Shown one piece after another: positions 52,335-64,000 of a stretch of 64,000 nt of DNA. The DNA is taken from contig OX597824.1 in the NCBI GenBank assembly GCA_951406725.2, positions 43,028,001 to 43,092,000 on the forward strand, read 5' to 3'. Source of the DNA: Octopus vulgaris. Lineage: Eukaryota. Made by a program: the position numbers and the translations under genes. Numbering within the stretch: the stretch's first letter is position 1; each line of letters starts with the position of its first letter. The notes below the pieces were generated by a model. That model had not been told where the DNA came from, made no database searches, and saw nothing but the letters and a program-made list of their open reading frames with translations.

Positions 52335-54416
52335 ATGAGGGAACTTAGCAAAAAGCATAAAACTACTTCTACGGATAACCTTAAGGAAATTAACTACAAA
52401 ATCAAAGAAGTTATGAGCAAATTAGACCTCCTGGACAGAACAGAACCTATTAAACCACAAGTACCCAAAATTACTATTAAAGACCATAAGAAAGACTTCC
52501 CAGATAGTGTAGGAGTACGATTAATCTGTCCGACTAAATCGGATATCGGCAGACTTAGCAAGACCATCCTGGACAAGGTGATCCCACACATCAAACCCCA
52601 CATCCCACTCCAACTATGGATTAACACCAACGATGTGCTAGAATGGTTTAACACTATCACCAATAGGCCCGACTACTCATTCATCCAATTCGACATAGCT
52701 AGCTACTACGCCAGTATATCCCCCATCTTACTTAACAAATCCCTTATTTTTGCCCGCAACCTTTCACTCATAGACAGAGAAAAAATTGACATAATTCTAT
52801 TAGCTAGAAAAACCATAATAGAATTCGACGGTAGACTCTGGACCAGATCCGATACCCCCGACAATTTCGATGTGGCTATGGGCTCGAGCGATTCAGCTCA
52901 GGTGACTGACTTGGTCGGGGCCTACCTGCTCAAGAAGCTTTTCTCCGAGGTACCGGATCTTCAGGGGGGTCTATACAGAGACGACGCTCTCTTCATATAC
53001 CCCACCAACAATAGGAGTAAACTAGAAAGAATTAGGAAAAAGATCAGGCTTTTTTTCAAATCCTTCAATCTTAAACTAGAATTTATGACCAACACTAAAA
53101 TAGTAAACTTCTTAGATGTTACGTTAGATTTGAATAAGCACCTTCACTACCCGTATAGGAAACCAGAAGAAACTACCAAATACATCCATACCTCTTCCAA
53201 CCATCCACCCTGTATAATTAGCACCACGGTCCAAGCCATCTCAGACAGACTGACAAAACTATCCTCTAATAGAGAAATTTTCAATAATCATGCACAACAC
53301 TACAACCAGGCTCTCTATAGTGCCGGGTATAACCAGAGAATATCATATGTAGACCACCCGGGAACGTCCGTCGGCCATAAGACTCCCAATTATAATCGAA
53401 CTCAGCACTCAACTCACACTAGCGATAATTCTAATTTAAACTCCAAACAACGTATAGGAAATAGGCGAACTAATAGAACAGCACACAATAGTAACCCTCC
53501 CGACGAGAACAATATAGATCCTATTAGGAGAAATAGAAGGGATAATAGTAGATTACGCAAATATATATGGTTCAACATACCTTTCAACTTAGCAGTTAGG
53601 GGTAAGTTATGTAAGAGAATATTCTCTATAATTTCCAACAACTTCCCACCCACCCACAAGTATAGAAGTATCTTCTCCAACAAAACTATCAGGATTTCCT
53701 ACTCTACCCTGCCCAACATGAGCTGCCTCATAGCTAAACATAACTATATTAATATTAGAACAGCTAGATCAAGAGCAAACCATAGCGACCAACAGAACCC
53801 CCCTCATCTAGACAGTAGACAATATAACCAGACTGACAGCCATACTACCCAAACAGTTAGTAATAACACCCGCCAACACAACAGAGGAAATACTACACCC
53901 ATCAACAACCAGGAGGATACCAACGCCCCCACTCGTATTGCAACACCTCCGCCTGGGATTAGCAGCACACGACCGAATAATGCAATGCAATGCAACTGCA
54001 GATGTGCATCAGAGTGCCCGCTGCAGGGCGCATGTAGAGCGAAAAACGTAATATACTCATGTGAGGTGAGTACTCAGTTTAACACACTCACCTATATTGG
54101 TTGCTCAACCTCCTGGAAATCCAGATACTACAACCACCGGTCCTCGCTGAGACACAGACATAAGGCTAACAGCACCTCCCTCTCTAAAAGAATTTGGGAA
54201 TTAAAAGACAAATGCATAGGCTTCAAACTCAGATGGTCCATCATCGGATCAGCTGCACCTTATTTAAATAATAGAGCAGGATGCCAACTATGCTGTGTAG
54301 AACTCCTGAACATCTTGAAATTCAAAGACAAACACAATCTTATTAACAAAAGGTCAGAGTTCAAACCATCCTGTATACATAAACTTATTAATACTTTCAA
54401 ATACTACAATGCTTAG
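52335..54416 (+). CDS. Penelope-like reverse transcriptase / GIY-YIG endonuclease (frame is also open upstream to about 51970; true N-terminus missing)
   Basis: 693-aa ORF with RT motifs QFDIASYY, AMGS and GLYRDD, plus NFLDVTLD and YIHTSSNHP. The C-terminus has CNCR..CPLQGAC, VIY..YIG, RYYNH, LSKRIWELK, CQLC..E and INKRSE..CIH. Upstream in-frame translation gives FIRRIRWAAY and IPADKTGN, typical PLE N-terminal motifs. Stop codon is TAG. Confidence 0.93.
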   Translation: MRELSKKHKTTSTDNLKEINYKIKEVMSKLDLLDRTEPIKPQVPKITIKDHKKDFPDSVGVRLICPTKSDIGRLSKTILDKVIPHIKPHIPLQLWINTNDVLEWFNTITNRPDYSFIQFDIASYYASISPILLNKSLIFARNLSLIDREKIDIILLARKTIIEFDGRLWTRSDTPDNFDVAMGSSDSAQVTDLVGAYLLKKLFSEVPDLQGGLYRDDALFIYPTNNRSKLERIRKKIRLFFKSFNLKLEFMTNTKIVNFLDVTLDLNKHLHYPYRKPEETTKYIHTSSNHPPCIISTTVQAISDRLTKLSSNREIFNNHAQHYNQALYSAGYNQRISYVDHPGTSVGHKTPNYNRTQHSTHTSDNSNLNSKQRIGNRRTNRTAHNSNPPDENNIDPIRRNRRDNSRLRKYIWFNIPFNLAVRGKLCKRIFSIISNNFPPTHKYRSIFSNKTIRISYSTLPNMSCLIAKHNYINIRTARSRANHSDQQNPPHLDSRQYNQTDSHTTQTVSNNTRQHNRGNTTPINNQEDTNAPTRIATPPPGISSTRPNNAMQCNCRCASECPLQGACRAKNVIYSCEVSTQFNTLTYIGCSTSWKSRYYNHRSSLRHRHKANSTSLSKRIWELKDKCIGFKLRWSIIGSAAPYLNNRAGCQLCCVELLNILKFKDKHNLINKRSEFKPSCIHKLINTFKYYNA

Positions 54417-55901
54417 GTCTTATACCAACTCCCCCATGCAATTTCCTCCCACCCGGTGCAACCTGTCGGCTCCAGCACATCCCGCTTTCCTATATGTGCG
54501 TGTGTATGTGTGTGTGTGTGTGCGTATGTATGTGCACATACGTGTACGTATGTGTACATATACATATATATACACATGTGCGTGTGTGTGTGTATGTGCA
54601 TATACGGTTCCCTGCATTTTCCCCCTATATATACAAATTTTGTCTCCAATATATGACTTCTTTTCCCTAAATATTTCTTCTCCTACACCCATATCCTCCC
54701 TATGTAGTCTCTTTAATTCCCTATATCTATACCCTTTCACATTTCTAACTCAGATGTTGAACGCACACCGCCAAACTCCACTTCCCACCCTTCCAATTTT
54801 CAGTTCCCCCTGCCCGCCCCTACGTTTAACACACACCTCTAACTTTCAACCACCTCCATCTCATGTTAAACTTTACAAAATTATATTTTTATCTTGTTTT
54901 ATTTTATTTTTATTTTTACTTTTATTTTTACTTTTATCCTACTTCCATTTATTTTTATTTTTAATTTTATTTTTACTTTTATTCTACTTCCATTTATTCT
55001 CATTTTCATTTTCATCCCTTACCTTAACTCTTATAATTTTTATAATTCTTATACTTCATTTCTAACTATTACATTGTATTTCTTATTTTATACTGTATTT
55101 TTTATTTCTAATCTTTACCCTTACCCTCATTCTTACCCCTAACTTATCGCTTTACACCTCTATATATGTTTATTTACTTACCTATGGATCCATCTTTTGA
55201 ATATACGAGCGTCCGCGTACGTGTGTATACGCATACATACATATGCGCGCGCATATATGTACATGCATACTTCGATATCTTATAGCTATACCCATGTGCG
55301 CGTGTGTCTCTCTGTGTGTGTATGTGAGTGTATATGTGCACGCACATACGGACACACAGCCGTGTGTGCGTGCGCGTATTGACATGAGTACGGGATTCTT
55401 TACTTAGGTTCTTATACACATCCTTTAATATCTTATAGCTGGACCTAGAGGCGTGGGCATATACGTGTGTGTATGTAATGATGGGCGCGCGTATATACAT
55501 GTGAGCGCGTACGCGCGTAATGTCCGTGTATATATGCGGATATTCTGGTGTATGTATGTGTGTGTACGCGCGTGCGTGTGGGTGCGTGTGTGTTTATGTA
55601 CGTGTTTACACGCGAGTGCGTGTGTATGCTTATATGCTTGGAGGCGTATATGTACGCGTGTATGTGGGTGTATGTATCCATGATGATATGTATGTACTAG
55701 AAGTCCATTTAATTCAAGGAACCAGATTAAATGCTCATCAGCTCTGATTTACAACGCATTAAGTCCCCAGACGAAACTGTTGATTTACTGTTGATTTACT
55801 GACAATTCTACAACTAAATTTTATCAATCTCCTGACCACCATGCTTGGTCCGTAACCTCTATACATCCCTTATCTTTACATTCTTTTACACTTTTATCAT
55901 G

Positions 55902-56011
55902 GTTTTATCAGATTTTTTTACTTTTATTTCTATTTCTATTTTTACTTTATAACCATAAGGTTATAAAGTAAAAATAGAAATAGAAATAAAAGTAAAAAAA
56001 TCTGATAAAAC
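55902..56011. repeat. Perfect 53-bp-arm hairpin with ATAA loop
   Basis: 55902-55954 is the reverse complement of 55959-56011. Confidence 0.93.
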
Positions 56012-56353
56012 ATTTATTTACATTTCTTTATATTTCTTTATACCCCCTTTACATCTCCTTACAACTCTTTATATCTTTATCCTCTACATTTTTATATTAT
56101 TCTATACTTACACTTTTTATACTTTTTTATCCCTCGTCCCGAACTCTCGCCCCTCCATCTTCACCTCTATATATGTATTTATTTATTTACATTACCTCAA
56201 CATCCAATTTTCCTCATTCTACATTGAGAGAAGAAAGAGATGGACGCTTCAATTCTATGCTGCTGCCGCATTATGTCGTACGTGAATGAGAGGATTTGCA
56301 TCCCCAACCAAGAATTTTTGATGTAACACATGTCCTTGCGGAAGCTGTTGTGC

Positions 56354-56431
56354 GCGGCTGAAGAAGGCCACAGACATACATTATGCATTGTTATAAATCT
56401 GTCTAATAAAGGCCCGAAACATATGTACCGC
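56354..56431 (+). ncRNA. Type I hammerhead ribozyme in the PLE 3' pseudo-LTR
   Basis: GCGG-CTGAAGA(56358-64)-A-GGCC...GGCC-C-GAAA(56416-19)-C-ATAT-GTA-CCGC. Stem I is GCGG/CCGC, stem II is GGCC/GGCC, and the minimal stem III is palindromic (ACATATGT). Predicted cleavage after A56427. Confidence 0.82.
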
Positions 56432-56543
56432 TGAGTCCTTCGCATCATGTTTTTATTTTATTTTGATCAATTTACTCCACCACCTACACCACCAATCGGT
56501 ATACACAGGTGCTTATAATTATCAAGTACTCACCCCGAATTTC

Positions 56544-56624
<81 letters not shown>

Positions 56625-56626
<2 letters not shown>

Positions 56627-56782
56627 AGGCGTGGCTGTGTGATTAGAAGCTTGCTTCCTGACTACATGGTTCCGGGTTCAGTCCAACTGCTTGGCACTTT
56701 GGGCAAGTGTTTCTACTATAGCCTCGGGCCGACCAAAGCCTTGTGAGTAAATTTGGTAGACGGAAACTGAAAGAAGCTCGTC

Positions 56783-56851
<69 letters not shown>

Positions 56852-57022
56852 TGTGTTTACGTCCCCGTAACTAAGCGGTTCGGCAAAAAGACCAATAGTA
56901 TAAGTACTAAGCTTTAACAAAATAAGTCCTGCCGTCAATTTGTTTAACTAAAACCCTTCCAGGCGGTGCTCCTGCATAGCCGCAATCAAATGACTGAAAC
57001 GAGTAAAAGAATAAAAGAATAA
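56625..57022 (+). mobile_element. Family B SINE
   Basis: Same family, with internal (TA)n. Partial copies also lie near 39685-39815 and 43560-43770. Confidence 0.85.
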
Positions 57023-58909
57023 AGTGAGAGAGAAAGAGGCAGAGGGAGAGATAAAGCGTAAATCTTGTATCCAAGAGATAAAATTGCAGTATTTAGGTAC
57101 TTTGTTGAAAATCTTGATTGGTATAAATTACAACCCTTGGTAGTTCCTGAATACCACGGTGTTGTGCTGACATTCATATACGTTACCACCAGAATATTCT
57201 TACATTTTGTCGTTTCCGTCTGTAATACTTGCGTTAAGAGATCTTGAATTTGATTCAAAATAGTGTCATCATAGTGCTTAATTATATCAACAGGGAGATA
57301 GTTTTCACTTGAAGATTTGTCATTCTAAACTCGAGATTTTGCCATTAAATTTCCGTGTTTCTACCTTTTTGAGAATACCGATTGCTATTTTGTGGTACTG
57401 AAACAATTCTTATTGTTGCTTGATGGATATGTTATCTTCAGCAATCCTGAATGGTTGGCTCACGGCTAACAGGGAGCTTCTCCTTGGAATGCTAGGAGGA
57501 CGTGTTTTTCTTTTAGGAATGTCTACAGAGCACATTGCTTGATATATATAAATACAGCGGATTCTGACTGTATGGTGCATGTCTGGACACAAACTATTCA
57601 GACACTTAAGTGGTTGTCATCATAATTCAAAGTTTTACGTAGAAAGAACACATTAATATAGAAGACAGGCTGCTTCTTACTGATAATCATAAAATACTGA
57701 ATAAATTATCAGCGTATCACCCATATTCCAACGTGTATATTCGCCTGCGATTTTGTAGGTTTATGTGTGTGCGTACATGTATATGTTTGCGTGTGTTGGA
57801 AATCAGGTTTGTTTTGAGATAATGGAGCATTATTTCAATAAAGAAAACTGGACAATTCACTTTTAAGGATAGGATAGATTTATAAACAATATATGTAACA
57901 TATAATACAATTTTTTATTTCTGTATCAGTATCTATCACAAGAATGTATTTAGTGCAATGTCTCGCAGTGTGTGTTTGCAATTAACGCCATTTATTTCGA
58001 AAGAAATTCCAAGTTGTACTTAGGCTTTGATATATTGCATATCTTAGATATATTATATATAAATTTTCCATCATTATTCTATTTCACGTCTGGCTGGCAA
58101 CCGCTTGTCTTCCTCATTTCTCTCTCTTCATTTCGCTCTTCAGAGCAGCCATCGGTTTTTGTCATTCAGATGTCAATAAATTCATGTATGGATTTACATG
58201 TGTGAATATATGTGTATGTGTGTGAGGAAGAGAGAAAGCTATAAAATCAATTACTACTGAATTATGGAAATATATTCAATATTCAAATTTCAAAAATAAA
58301 AAAAAATCATCTCAAATAAAAGTTTATCACATGTCTCCCAAGCTGTTCTAAATCTTTGACATAATGACACAAGTTGCATGTTACATTTTAAACGAACTTA
58401 ACGATAGAACGAAATCGAAAGCTTGACCAAAATCTTTAACATAAAGAAGTAATGTTTCTATGAAGATTCATTAATTTGTACAAAAAAAAATTACATAATA
58501 AAGAAATTAGAATATTGATAAAGCGTAGATTAACCCCGAATCTTGCTAATTATTACCTTTACATCACTAGGAAATACATTGGATGAATGGATTTCTCAAA
58601 TCCCTAGCAATATCAACTAATAATTTACAATGGTTCAAAACTGTGATGTACAAAAGAAAAAAGCTTATAGTTGCGAATGCTAGCGGTCATTGAAGATGAG
58701 AAGTGTCAAAAGGTTACTTAATTATCTGGGGAAAGGTCGCTGGTTTGTATCCCATCACTACGTCGTATTTATGTTCGCCTAGATCACCGCTTGCAAACTC
58801 AAATTAGATTCCCTTAGCTGACTTACTTGACTACTGAAGGCAGTTACGGCGTTTTATTGCATTCATTCACCCTTAAAAGATATTACGCCACTCAGTGCTA
58901 GTTCATGAT

Positions 58910-58971
<62 letters not shown>

Positions 58972-59534
58972 ACTCACACATACACACACACACATACACA
59001 CACACACACAGAGTCACTATAAGACAATGCTTTTATCCCATTTTATCCAAAATTACATTCACTTTGATTTAAGGAATAAATCTTGGGCAAGCTATGAACG
59101 AAATAATTTATATATATAGTGAGAGAAAGAGAGAGAGAGAGGCAGACAGACAGACAGAGACAGAGAGAGAGACAGAGAGAGAGACAGAGACAGACAGAGA
59201 ACTATATATAATAACTGAAACTTTATTGCAAACTTTATTCACTTATCTACTTACGCCCCATTTCGAAGTTCCATGGCCTAGTCGGAATATGAACAGATGA
59301 CGCAAAGACAAACGAAATGCCGTTAAGCATCTTGCCCAATGTGGTAACGATTCTGCCTGTTCTGCGGCCTTGGCATTTAGCATCACATACTGTTCATTAC
59401 ATGAATAACTGATATTCATAAAAGTAGGGGTAATCCGTTCCAAGCCACGCCCAAATTCCACATAAAAGCAGGAAACAATGTTATTGTTTGCCTCTATAAA
59501 TAGCAAATTCATAAATATATATATAAATATCTAC

Positions 59535-59760
<226 letters not shown>

Positions 59761-61281
59761 GTGTGTGTATGCATGTATGTTTTCCCTTTGGTTTGACATG
59801 TTTACGCTAATTGTAAATAAGCTGTTAGCGTCAACTTGTATCTAGTTATCCATGATAGGATGTCCTTCGTTGTTCGGTAGTAAAAATGGTATCCCTTACT
59901 TGAAAACAGGTTGAGGTTTGTGACGAAAAGACGATCTCGCAGTAGAATTCCTCTACCAATGAAAATATCCATCTAAGCCTATGCCAACATAGAAAAAGGA
60001 ATGCCAAGGGAACGAACAAATGCATAAAGAACAAATAAATAAATACAGAAACAATGTACAAAATACCTGTAAATGAAATTTACAGGCAACTTAGTGTGAC
60101 AGATTGGTCAACATGCCGTGATTAGGCAGAAAAAGAGAGAGGAGATTATTAAAGAGAAGAGGTGGAAAAAGATTGCTAGCACTTGCTCCATTTACATGCT
60201 TATATAGTATTTCCTTAGTTTTTGTGGTACTTGATTTTCTCACTCACTACTATCGACCCAGGGTTACGCTTTTTAGCAAAAAACAAAAAGAATAGAGATA
60301 TTAATATTTTGTATATAAAATATGAAAATTTGTAAGCTACATCAAGTGCGGACATGAATATTAAGGAACCATATATAAATGCTCTCCCTGTCACTTATAT
60401 GAGCATGTACTCTACTCGTTCCTTGTTCAAAATTTAACTCGTTGATTAAATACAATTTTCTCCAGAAAAGCTGTTTGATATACAATTTACTCATTTAGGG
60501 CATGATTCGAATACTGTCTCTTGGTCACTTATATGCGTGCGTAATCTGCTCGTGGATCGTCATGCAAGCTTAATATTTTTTCAGAAAAGTTGTTCGTTAT
60601 TCACTTTGTTCGTTTATGGAACCGTTCGATACGTGTACTCCACTGTAATTATAGTCATAACTATATTTTGCTTTTACGGTTTGTTCAACGTTGTTCAACT
60701 TCAACGAAATTAAATTGTTTACCATATTAGAAACAAAAATAGAATAATTCCATATGAAATTTCTAAAACTTAATTTTTCTTTAAGTCCAGTTTTTGTGAA
60801 AACACAGTTTTAGATTACTCTAGAAATATTTAGTGAGTTTATTTTATCGATAAATGTTGTGTAGTTACAAATATGTTAGCGATATAATTCATCCTAAAAT
60901 ATTTTGAAATCTTACATATTAAAAATTATAAACAATGTGTTTTTGAAATAATGTAAAATCGTTAAAATGCTTTGTCTTATTTTCAAATTTGCTTCATACA
61001 TAATTTGCTTGAAAAATATTGATAAACCTATTGAAAAACTGAATGCTTTTAAAAAGTATAATTTTTTAAGTCTCCTCTCATATGTAGAATCCTTGTGTAT
61101 GTGTCCGCGCTCGCGAATGATTGCACGTGTCATTTATTTAGAGTTATTTAACAACTTGTTTGCGTTGACTTATTGTTTCCAGGGAATACCTTAGACATTA
61201 AGTGGCTTTTCTTAAATGATTCAGCCACGTAAATGTAGAATCTTCCAGATTTTCTTACACAGTACGGAATACTGAAATATT

Positions 61282-61494
61282 GGTTTCAAATGTTGGCACA
61301 AGGCCAGCAAGTACAGGGGGAAGGGACTAATCAATTACATCGACCTCAGTACTCAACTAGTATTTGTTTTATCGATCCGAAAGAATGAAAGGCAAAGTCG
61401 ACCCCGGCGGCGTTTGAACTCAGAACGTTAAGACGGACGAAATACCGCTAAGCGTTTTGCCATGTGTGCAAACGATTCTGCCAGCCCGCCCCCG
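61282..61494 (-). mobile_element. Family A SINE with 18-bp TSD
   Basis: TSD ACGGAATA(C/T)TGAAATATT at 61264-61281 and 61495-61512. Confidence 0.85.
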
Positions 61495-61519
61495 ACGGAA
61501 TATTGAAATATTAGTTAAA

Positions 61520-61660
61520 TCTTCTGCCGGGGTTGACTTTGCCTTTTATCCTTTCGGGGTCGATAAATTAAGTACCAGTTGCGTACTGGGGTCCATCTAA
61601 TCGACTGGCCCCCTCCCCCAAAATTTCGAGCCTTGTGCATAGAGTAGAAAAGAATATTAT
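61520..61660 (+). mobile_element. 5'-truncated family A SINE, tail type 2
   Basis: Core plus tail CCCCAAAATTTCGAGCCTTGTGCATAGAGTAGAAAAG. A near-identical fragment lies at 25012-25140. Confidence 0.8.
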
Positions 61661-63177
61661 TTGAATCTAACAGTAAATTATTTGAATAGTACATCATAAA
61701 AAGAATATACAGAGAATAGTAATAACTACGTAATTGTGTAATATTTTAATTAATGCATTACCGGTCAGCAAAATAACACACTGGAAATCAACCAACATTT
61801 TCATTTCTAGACACCACTAACTAGTTAGACATCATTTTCTTTGGAGATTGTATACCGGAAAATTTTCGCTGGTGGGCGGGACTCGGCCCCAGGGATCTTA
61901 GGCTGCCGTCTACTGCCACACTGCTTCTGTTGACCCTGTACGACTATGATATTATTTGTTCGATGGTAGAATCGGTGGAGTGCCAGAAACTGTTCCTTTG
62001 CAGTATTTCGATATGTGTATTTACGTACTGTGTTAAAATCTAATCTAACTAGTCCTGCTAGATCTTTCCGTAACAACGAGTATTAGCAGAAATAGTGTGA
62101 AGACTGCGAAAGGCTTAACGATACCAAGCTTCTATTTGTTTTCCCTTTCAGGTTAAAATAGATATTGCATTGTGTGCTGCAGCTTGTAACTGAAGGTAGC
62201 AAATATTGTGTATAATTTCATAGCTCAGACAAGAAGAGGGAAGAGAAGGAAGAAGCGTTGCAAAGGAAACAGCTGCAATAATAACAACAATAATAGCAGC
62301 AGCAACAGAAACAGCTGCCTTAACTTAAGACAAATTGCAGTGTTAGAATCATTGAAGACGCTAGCTTTTAATATTTCATCTTGAGAAGCTGGTAATGGTA
62401 GTGGCAATTTTTAATGTTATTACTTGAAGTTGTTATTGTGAGGTTGATGTTAGTGATGACAGAGTGGGGGGGGGACATATTTTTCCGCACTTGCAAATTA
62501 CTGAAATGATACCAACATGATTATATGTCACTTTTATCTTTTATTCAGATTAGAGAGCTTCTATACTGTAAAAGCTCTCTTTAAGTTTAGCAATGAACAA
62601 TAAACAAAAAAAAAATGTAATTGACTAGTTTGGAATTAGCCTCTCCTCTTTCGTTCTTCCCTATCTTTCATGTTTTCATTCATTCAATCTTTATTTTCGT
62701 TCATGCATTTTAAAATTTCTTATCATTTATACATTCATTCTCTTGTCTTCCAGCCTTACTCCTTTCAATGCCAAACAAAGAAAAACTACGTCATCATCGT
62801 CGTCGTCGTCATCATCTTCTTCTATGCACAACTGAGCGCAGTACTTCGGGCTCGTACAATATTTTGCTTGGGTTTTGAATTTTCTTTTGTAATGCTAATA
62901 AATAATGTTCGTCATAAGTATGCAGTGCCTACAAGTGGGTTTTTTTGTGCATAATATTTAAGAGTAAGAGAAAAGGAAGTATGAACCCCAGTGCAGAACT
63001 GGTATTTTATTTTTCTGACCTAAAATGATGACAGGCAAAGTTTGAACTCAGAGCGTACAGAACAGGAAAAATTATTGCAAAGCAATCAATCCGATGCTCT
63101 AACGTGACTATCAATTAGCAGAGTCGTTAGAGTGTCTATATATACATAGGTATGTGTGTGTATGTATATATATATAC

Positions 63178-63208
<31 letters not shown>

Positions 63209-64000
63209 CGTATGTGTGTATGTATGTATGTATGTATGTAAGTGTGTATGTATTTATCAAACGAGAGAGAGAAAGAGAGCAAGAGTGAGAGAGAGAAAAG
63301 CAAACAAGAACACGAAAGGCAAGATAAACAAAAATTTTCGTTATTAGTTTCACATTAATAGAAATAGGTGTTTTTGCGTTTTACGCATGAGCTCTTCTTC
63401 AGAAGTTGAAATGTAAGACGAATGAAAGCGAAAAAAAACAAAAAAAAAACCAATATTGTATTGAAGACAAATGTTCACGTTCGTATCGTCAAATCAATTT
63501 AATTTTGGATGCAGGAACAATAGGTATATCGTTAAATAGTTGTGAATGCGTATCATTATATTTGAATAACAATGGAACAGTCTTTGAATAACAATGGAAT
63601 AGTACTTTACATAATACACTGCTAGTTTGAGTAACCACCTGCATTGCTGAGTTTTTAACCGCTGCTGCCAAACAAAAGTGCCGAATCTACAAATTAATAT
63701 GTTTAGTAAAACATACCCATGTATAAAAAAGACTATTTCAAAACCTTATTTAAAAAATCATTCAGCTTCATTTGATGACCATGAAAGTGAGCATATATTT
63801 TTGCTCACCAAGATAATTTAAACAAGAAATAGAAATATGAATTTGAATCTAACAAGTTATGGTTTATCAATATTTTGCTACAACAATTTGAGGATAAAAT
63901 ATAGATCAGTAATAATTCCCAGAAAAAATTAAACAGAAAACCGCCACTAATTATACATCCAATTAGACACCATAAAGACCTATATGTTATTGATAGTCAT

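Larger units (their letters stand above)
51742..56543 (+). mobile_element. Penelope-like retroelement (PLE), 5'-truncated, with inverted pseudo-LTR, inserted in (TA)n
   Basis: Contains an RT + GIY-YIG ORF. 51742-51912 is the reverse complement of 56285-56455, and both copies carry a hammerhead motif. (TA)n lies on both flanks. The 3' non-coding region is about 2.1 kb. Confidence 0.93.

Noticed and set aside
52335-54416. Selenocysteine recoding as reported for some Naiad PLEs
   Set aside because: There is no in-frame TGA in the ORF and it ends in TAG. I could not identify a SECIS.
54409-55065. 218-aa ORF overlapping the PLE stop
   Set aside because: Made of RY-repeat and T-rich low-complexity translation (VCVC, FLFL), with no domain.
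55700-55745. Minus-strand CTGATGA followed by an 8-bp stem (CATTTAAT/ATTAAATG)
   Set aside because: The GAAA box and stem III are absent. At most it is a truncated hammerhead fragment.

Overview
This is AT-rich, microsatellite-saturated eukaryotic DNA. The SINE families and repeat landscape look like an octopus or other coleoid cephalopod genome (inference from sequence style, not a database result). I find no confidently supported host protein-coding gene, and almost all ORFs in the track are translations of simple repeats. The window is a nest of mobile elements. The main one is a young Penelope-like retroelement (about 51742-56543) with an uninterrupted RT + GIY-YIG frame, flanked by 171-bp inverted repeats that each contain a type I hammerhead ribozyme. 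Further hammerhead-like motifs lie in non-coding TA-flanked segments near 28.7, 30.2, 31.3 and 32.0 kb. Also present are a Tx1/L1-like LINE sitting in a (TAA)n tract, three R4/Dong-like LINE relics, two CR1-like relics, mariner/Tc1/hAT elements, a non-autonomous Helitron and three tRNA-type SINE families. The most interesting unexplained signals are a 48-bp three-block motif repeated at 38135 and 46577, a SINE tail shared with the Tx1-like LINE 3' end, and several near-perfect long hairpins. Boundaries of degraded elements are approximate because they were read by eye.
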